IMG/VR virus record: IMGVR_UViG_2038011000_000015
Span: 29,145 to 93,144 of that record
From: a virus
Taxonomy: Duplodnaviria; Caudoviricetes
DNA length: 64,000 nucleotides
Reading direction: 5' to 3' (one strand)
Of the stretch, positions 59,076 to 64,000 are shown in pieces (the first letter of the stretch is position 1; each line of letters starts with the position of its first letter). Made by a program: the position numbers and the translations under genes. The notes beneath the pieces were generated by a model. The model saw only the letters and a list, made by a program, of their open reading frames with translations, had not been told where the DNA came from and made no database searches.

Positions 59076-59450
59076 ATGAATCGTCACACCCGCCGTGCTG
59101 CGGTCGCGAAGAACAAGCGCTTGGTTGCCTCGTTGGCAGAAATCTCGGGGACGGCAGAGAAGCTGCAGCCGTTTCTTGGGCAGATCAATGCCTTGCAAGA
59201 GCAGTTGGAGCATGCGCTCGGGCTGTTGGCGCAGACGCGCGCAGATAATGAATCGCTCATGAAGGCTCTGAACGTTCAGCAGGCGGTGTATTACAGGCTG
59301 TTCGCACAAGGCATGGGCGTCTCGCTGGATAGTGTTCTTTCGATGGTCGTGGCAATTCAAGCTCAGCTCATGGAAGGAAACACCGATGGTATCGAGACCA
59401 CTGAGACCCCAGAACCCGAACCCGAAGACCATTCAGGCACCCGAACGTAA
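59076..59450 (+). CDS. hypothetical coiled-coil protein
   Basis: MNRHTRRA N-terminus with a heptad pattern. Confidence 0.6.
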   Translation: MNRHTRRAAVAKNKRLVASLAEISGTAEKLQPFLGQINALQEQLEHALGLLAQTRADNESLMKALNVQQAVYYRLFAQGMGVSLDSVLSMVVAIQAQLMEGNTDGIETTETPEPEPEDHSGTRT

Positions 59451-59640
59451 AATAGATTGGCAGCGGCTCATGCAGGCGACCATTCAGCGTGCCGAGCAAG
59501 TAGGAAGTTCTCAGGTGTATGGCTTACGTAAAGCCCTTGCAGATGGGGTGTCTGAGCGATTCCTAAGGCGTCTCGGAATCATCCACGAGGGTGACATTGA
59601 TCGGGAGTTCCCTCTGCCTAAGCGTGAGACTAAAGGCTGA
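59386..59640 (+). CDS. hypothetical protein
   Basis: ATG 59386 after GGAAGG; overlaps the previous gene by 65 nt. Confidence 0.5.
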   Translation: MVSRPLRPQNPNPKTIQAPERKIDWQRLMQATIQRAEQVGSSQVYGLRKALADGVSERFLRRLGIIHEGDIDREFPLPKRETKG

Positions 59641-59688
59641 CCTTCTTTGGGTGTGGGCAGGAAGCTCACTAACAATATGGAGATGTCT

Positions 59689-60639
59689 ATGAACGCGGAA
59701 GTGTCGCAGGAGACGACCGCCGGTGCGCGTCTTGATCTCAGTGCTCGTATTGCGGCGCTGGAGACTAACTTCGAGCAGCTGAAGACCAAGCGCCTTGAAG
59801 CGGAACAAGTCATCGCTGCCGAAGAAGAAGCCATCCAAGAGCTACTTAGGCAGGTGGCGGCGAAGCGAGAGGCGATCGCTTCTGCAAAGAGCACGGTGAC
59901 GGATATTGAGGCTCGCTTCTCGATTATTGCGGATGTAGTCAACCTTGACCGGGTCGTCTCGGTCGAGGGCAGCATCGCAGAGCGTACTTTGCAACCTACG
60001 GTGCCGCCCGATGCGCCATCCGAGCCCGATTCAGAGAGGGCTCCCTCTCCATCGTCCGTGGAGCCGGTGCCCTCTCTGGTATTCGAGCCCGAGGAGCTTG
60101 AATCGGCTGCGATAGCGGAGCCTGAGCCGGCGCCTGCGACTGAGCTGAGTGCGGCTACCGGTCCAGCAGAGCCACAACGGCCGGCTCGACCAGCCGGCCA
60201 ACCCAGGCCACGTGTCGCCAAGCGTAGCGCGAAGACGGTTCCAGAGCGCGTAGCCGATGTTATGGGAGAAGGTATCTGGGACGCCGGAAGCCTAGCTGAG
60301 GTCTTGTCTCAATCGGGAGAGAGCCTGAAATCAGGGAACCTACGGACCTACATCTCTAATGTCCTGAACAGCACGAAGATTCATGTCCAGGGACCCGATG
60401 GTATGGATCTACGGAAGCCGGATGGTGAATTTGTTCAGGTGAAGAAGTTCGTTGCCGTTGAACGGGGAAAATACCGTGTGGCGACTCCTGATGAGATTCA
60501 GCGTGAGGTTCAGAGTATTCTTGGTGCCGAGGCTGAGGTGGCTGAGGTGGATAGCCAATCCCAGCCGTGCACGCCAGCTGATGTTATGTTCAAGGAACAG
60601 GGCATCGATATTGGGCCTGTTGTCAACGCTCAGCATTGA
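59689..60639 (+). CDS. coiled-coil + Pro/Glu linker + C-terminal winged-helix protein
   Basis: ATG 59689 after GGAG (alternatives 59677/59683). C-terminal NLRTYISNVLNS...FVAVERGKYRV is wHTH-like. Confidence 0.6.
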   Translation: MNAEVSQETTAGARLDLSARIAALETNFEQLKTKRLEAEQVIAAEEEAIQELLRQVAAKREAIASAKSTVTDIEARFSIIADVVNLDRVVSVEGSIAERTLQPTVPPDAPSEPDSERAPSPSSVEPVPSLVFEPEELESAAIAEPEPAPATELSAATGPAEPQRPARPAGQPRPRVAKRSAKTVPERVADVMGEGIWDAGSLAEVLSQSGESLKSGNLRTYISNVLNSTKIHVQGPDGMDLRKPDGEFVQVKKFVAVERGKYRVATPDEIQREVQSILGAEAEVAEVDSQSQPCTPADVMFKEQGIDIGPVVNAQH

Positions 60640-60666
60640 GGGTAATGGCCGTGGAGGACTTTATCG

Positions 60667-60906
60667 ATGAGTAAAGACTTCACAACCATTGTGGTGATCT
60701 ACCAACGACCAAAAGAGCACCCTCAGGGCTATGTGGTGCGCCGCTGGTATCTCCTTGTCGGCTACGAGCCGTTTCCAGCAGAGAGAGCTGACTACTTTGA
60801 TGCACGCGAACAGGCGCGGGCGTGGGTGGAGAAGAACCACCCGGAGCTGATACGCCTGCCTCCTATCCCGTGTGATGATCCGGCGATTTGTGACACGTAC
60901 CTCTGA
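60667..60906 (+). CDS. small hypothetical protein
   Basis: SD GGAGGA; VIY.RP..HP.GYVVRRW. Confidence 0.65.
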   Translation: MSKDFTTIVVIYQRPKEHPQGYVVRRWYLLVGYEPFPAERADYFDAREQARAWVEKNHPELIRLPPIPCDDPAICDTYL

Positions 60907-60922
60907 GTGAGGTTGTTTGATC

Positions 60923-60928
60923 GGTGTA
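60923..60928 (+). promoter_or_regulatory. GGTGTA motif copy (N10-GTG)
   Basis: CGGTGTAA 10 nt before GTG 60939. Confidence 0.55.
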
Positions 60929-60938
60929 ACTATGGAAT

Positions 60939-61463
60939 GTGGAGGCCGGTGATTTAATTCAATGGCGTGGTCAAGTATGGCTGGTACGCAAGGTCGATCG
61001 AGAGCTTGCGACAGCGGTCGTCGAGACAGCGCGCAACATGGAGGTCATCGCCTCCGACGCAGATAGTACCGGTGTATGCCAGGTCTGGTGTACTCCCCCG
61101 CGCCAATGGCCGAGTGTATCGCTGCCGTTACGACCAAGGCCAAGTCGATTGGTTCAAGTCCTGCAAACGGGGCGAGCGCTAGAGCGGTTCACCGAATGGG
61201 TGCGGCTCGACGCCTTTCAGAATGGCGGGGCGTTGTATCTGAATCCGATACTCAACTTGCACTATGGCGATCGCCTGACAGCGATCTTCGCTGAACCGAG
61301 CGGTAGCTTTGTTGCGCTGCCTCTGCAGATACCGCGGAACTTCAGCCCACTGCCGCAGCGCAGACCACCAAGGGCGCCGGTGCGTGACGATCCAACTGAG
61401 CCAAGCTTTGAGCCCAAAACAACCCCGAAGCTCTTTGCGCGACTTCGCAAGAGGGATGAATGA
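60939..61463 (+). CDS. hypothetical protein (SH3/KOW-like N-terminus)
   Basis: AGDLIQWRGQVWLVRKVD; ATGA overlap with the next gene. Confidence 0.55.
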   Translation: MEAGDLIQWRGQVWLVRKVDRELATAVVETARNMEVIASDADSTGVCQVWCTPPRQWPSVSLPLRPRPSRLVQVLQTGRALERFTEWVRLDAFQNGGALYLNPILNLHYGDRLTAIFAEPSGSFVALPLQIPRNFSPLPQRRPPRAPVRDDPTEPSFEPKTTPKLFARLRKRDE

Positions 61464-62074
61464 GACGGCTACCCGTGGTCGCAGAGCGAGCTATCGCTGA
61501 GGTCAAAGCGCTGCAGATTGAGGCTGACCAGAGGTACCACCGATCGATGGTCACGGGGGATGTGCGGACATCATGCCGTAAGGGATGCGCGCATTGTTGC
61601 TACCATCCGTTTCTCATCTCGATCGCGGAAGGGGTGCTTCTTTATCGTTGGTTGGTTGAAACGGGGCAGTGGACATCTGACCTGCGTCGGCGGGTTGAGG
61701 AAGTCCGTAGTAGGGTGCTCGGGCTGGCATTCGATGTATGGCTTCTTAGCGAGACCCCTTGTCCTTTGCTGAAGGACAACCTGTGCTTGGCATACGAGGG
61801 ACGGCCACTTCGGTGTCGAACCATGTACTCGGTGGGGCTACCGGAGATGTGTCGGCCTGCGGAGCTAGGCGTGGTTACGGCGCTGTTGCCGAACGCCGAC
61901 TTTCTCATTGGGTTTGGGTTGCGAACTCAAGCTGTGCTCCAGAAGGCTGGTGTCCCGGAAGGGCGGTTGATGCCACTCGCAGAAGCTCTTTTGCTTGGGG
62001 AAGGCATCGACAACGGAAAGCTTGAGCTGAGTGAGTCGGATGCTCAGCACCTGAGAGACCTGATTCATGGATGA
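61460..62074 (+). CDS. YkgJ-family (CxxCxxCC) Fe-S/Zn cysteine-cluster protein
   Basis: CRKGCAHCC ... CPLL...C..YEGRPLRCR. Confidence 0.85.
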   Translation: MRRLPVVAERAIAEVKALQIEADQRYHRSMVTGDVRTSCRKGCAHCCYHPFLISIAEGVLLYRWLVETGQWTSDLRRRVEEVRSRVLGLAFDVWLLSETPCPLLKDNLCLAYEGRPLRCRTMYSVGLPEMCRPAELGVVTALLPNADFLIGFGLRTQAVLQKAGVPEGRLMPLAEALLLGEGIDNGKLELSESDAQHLRDLIHG

Positions 62075-62351
62075 AGCCAAGCAGTGTTGTATGTGCAACC
62101 AGGAGTTTCTCCTGGGGGAGACGATCCGTTTGACGGATGAAGAAATGGCTGTGCTGGGCCCGTTTGGAGAACGGGAGCTGCATTATTGCGAGAGCTGCCT
62201 CAAAGCGTGCCGCAACCTTCAACAGGGGGCGAGTATCCAAGCCGGGTTGTTCGAGAGATTTCTCCGTAGCTCTGGGGTGACGAACGCGAAGCGCCTGGCG
62301 GAAGAGTTCAAACAACGTCTGTTGAACGCTGCAAAGAGAAAGCTCCAATGA
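62067..62351 (+). CDS. small zinc-finger protein
   Basis: CCMC...YCESC. Confidence 0.6.
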   Translation: MDEAKQCCMCNQEFLLGETIRLTDEEMAVLGPFGERELHYCESCLKACRNLQQGASIQAGLFERFLRSSGVTNAKRLAEEFKQRLLNAAKRKLQ

Positions 62352-63013
62352 ACATTACCGTCGAAGATCACCTGAAGGCATACCGTGAGCAACATGGCGA
62401 AGATGCTTGGCGAGCTGAGGTTAGGCGGCTTGCATTGGCTGCGTTGCGTACGCATTCCGATAAGGTTGTGGCGTTCTGGAAGGCGCTGACCAAAGATTAC
62501 GATTGGCTGGAATGGGCGGAGCTAGAGGTGCAAGCGGAGTCCACGGGCGAGGCCCCTAGTGCTGATCGTTTGGTCGCAGAAGCCCTCAAGCGGCAAATGC
62601 CGGGGATCCGTTCCCAAGCCCAGTACGATGCTGTTGTCGGGGCCATGGAGGCAGTTCAATTGGTCGTCAATGCCCTATTGGAGCGTGACGCTGTAGGGGA
62701 AAGCGATGCCCGTAAGGTTCTTGAGAAGGCCCTCGAGGCCGTTGCGAAAGCCACCGAGGTGACGATGAAGCTCGCGGATGTCCCTGAAGCCGCGTCGAGT
62801 GATGCCTCCAAAGCATTCAAGGCAAGTCCCGCTCAGTTTCTCGAGTCTGATGTACAGGCGGAGCTGCTTCAGGAACTCGCGATCATCAGCACCCGAAAAG
62901 CGCTCGACGTTTGGTATGATGAGACGCGTGGGAAGCGTGAGCAGATTGTTGATCGAGAGCTTCGAAATCAACTGCTAGACAGTATCCGGGCCAAGTACAG
63001 GACGTTTCTGTGA
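62348..63013 (+). CDS. hypothetical helical protein
   Basis: 221-aa ORF, ATGA-coupled. Confidence 0.6.
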   Translation: MNITVEDHLKAYREQHGEDAWRAEVRRLALAALRTHSDKVVAFWKALTKDYDWLEWAELEVQAESTGEAPSADRLVAEALKRQMPGIRSQAQYDAVVGAMEAVQLVVNALLERDAVGESDARKVLEKALEAVAKATEVTMKLADVPEAASSDASKAFKASPAQFLESDVQAELLQELAIISTRKALDVWYDETRGKREQIVDRELRNQLLDSIRAKYRTFL

Positions 63014-63101
63014 GCGCGAGACTGTGGGCTAGCCAGCGGTAGGTCGGCGGCAGGAAACGGCGAGGAATGTGCGGCGAAAGCGGCGAGCGTGGCATTTGCG
63101 C

Positions 63102-63107
63102 GGTGTA
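63102..63107 (+). promoter_or_regulatory. GGTGTA motif copy (N9-ATG)
   Basis: CGGTGTAA exactly 9 nt before ATG 63117. Confidence 0.6.
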
Positions 63108-63116
63108 ATGCTCAGC

Positions 63117-64000
63117 ATGTTAGACCTCACTGCTCTGAAGGATGTGACTGACATCGTGTGTCATGACAACTGTTCTGACGGCACCATGTCGGCCATACTG
63201 CTGCAAGATGCTTTGCCCGCCGCGCGTATTCACTTCTGCGGGTATGGCTTAGCGCATGAGCGCCTTGAAGCGCGCCCTAACATGCTGTTTTGTGATTTTC
63301 ATCCACACGAGTCCACGTATCGGAGGTTTGTTGATGCGGGTGCCATCATCCTTGATCATCACAAGAGTGCAGCAAACATCATAGAGGCGTTCGGGTCCCG
63401 TGGAGTCTTCGCGGATGAATCGCGAGAGCCTGGCGTCAGTGGGGCCGTGCTAGCGTATCGTCACGTGTGGCTGCCCTTAAAGGAGGAGCGTTGGGCGAGC
63501 TATGGTGTTTCGAGCGGGGTCCTGGCAGAGATTCGCGTTCATCTTAGGGAGGCAGAACGCGCACGAGCTGAGTCGTATGCACGACTCATTGGGATCCGTG
63601 ATACTTGGCAAAAGCATGACCCGGACTGGCTACGGGCGTGTGAGCTGAGTGAGTGCCTGCGCTTCTTTGGGCAAACCAATTGGATGATTCCGGACCCATT
63701 TGCGATGGACCGTTCAGATTGGTGGGAGGCGCGGATCGCGGTAGGGATTCGGCTGGTGGAAAAGCAAAAAGGAGACGCTTCAAAGGCTTGTTGAAGGCGC
63801 GTACCGTTTCACCAGCGAACGCGGAACACGGGTGTTGATGTTTTCGGGCGTCTCGTACACAAGTGATGCGTGTGAGCTGGTCAAAGACGATGCTGATTTG
63901 ATCGTTGGGTTTGACTTCCTGCCTATGGAGGATGGGCAAGCGCCATTGGCGTTTTCAACTCGGACCTACCGCCGCTATGACTGCGCTCGGTTCTGCAAGA
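63117..64000 (+). CDS. DHH/DHHA1 phosphoesterase (runs off window; +1 frameshift at A5 63766-63770)
   Basis: CHDNCSDG..SA, LFCDF, ILDHHKSA, SGAVLA, IRDTW. Removing one A gives an open DHHA1-like frame (SDACE...FSTRT....DCARFCK) to the window end. Confidence 0.85.

Noticed and set aside
20806-61274. GCGATCGC (HIP1) octamers, at least 7 seen, hinting at a cyanobacterial host given the ycf46/ycf35-like genes
   Set aside because: Only mildly above chance for GC-rich DNA and well below typical HIP1-rich genomes. The Ycf46 triad is not restricted to cyanobacteria.
63045-63086. Four CGGCG(A/G) short repeats upstream of the DHH gene (iterons or operator?)
   Set aside because: Only 6 nt long, GC-rich and irregularly spaced (13, 14, 9 nt); cannot be distinguished from chance.
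265-63939. Numerous minus-strand ORFs (e.g. 18588-19652, 35721-36776, 45029-45823)
   Set aside because: All are antisense shadows of well-supported + strand genes in GC-rich DNA and have no recognisable motifs.
1-64000. Alternative genetic code (stop-codon reassignment)
   Set aside because: Very long ORFs are intact under code 11, and TAG, TGA and TAA all terminate genes at tight junctions. The breaks seen are frameshifts, not in-frame stops.

Overview
This 64 kb window is part of a large, GC-rich tailed-phage genome (myovirus/jumbo-phage-like) with every credible gene on the + strand. About 1-41.3 kb is a contractile-tail and baseplate module: tape measure, two paralogous tube-initiator-like genes (one with an inserted M15 L-Ala-D-Glu peptidase), hub, spike, gp25-like, baseplate J/I-like and several giant fibre/lectin-repeat proteins. 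A secreted GH-A-clan glycosidase-like moron is inserted in this module. At 41.3-42.4 kb lies a membrane-protein pair that may act in lysis. 42.4-50.8 kb is replication: SNF2 helicase, degenerate DnaC-like protein, DnaB, a stand-alone CHC2 primase zinc finger and a family-A DNA polymerase. 50.8-64 kb is accessory: a DUF2997/DUF1257/Ycf46-like AAA triad, a possible capsid-fold paralog, an HTH protein, a nitrilase-family amidase, ClpX, DUF1848, a YkgJ-type Cys-cluster protein and a DHH phosphoesterase. The main unexplained signals are (i) a YGGTGTAR motif in 10 intergenic gaps, often exactly 9 nt before an SD-poor start codon (candidate phage promoter making leaderless mRNAs); (ii) a compact H-type pseudoknot and a terminator inside the DUF2997/DUF1257/AAA module; (iii) a ClpX lacking the RKH loop, with an optional Trp-rich amphipathic N-terminal extension; and (iv) an inner-membrane protein paired with an outer-membrane beta-barrel-like protein. 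Four genes have single-base frameshifts, three in homopolymer runs, probably long-read assembly errors. I saw no tRNA, rRNA, CRISPR array or IS element. All family assignments are by eye from motifs; no database search was run.
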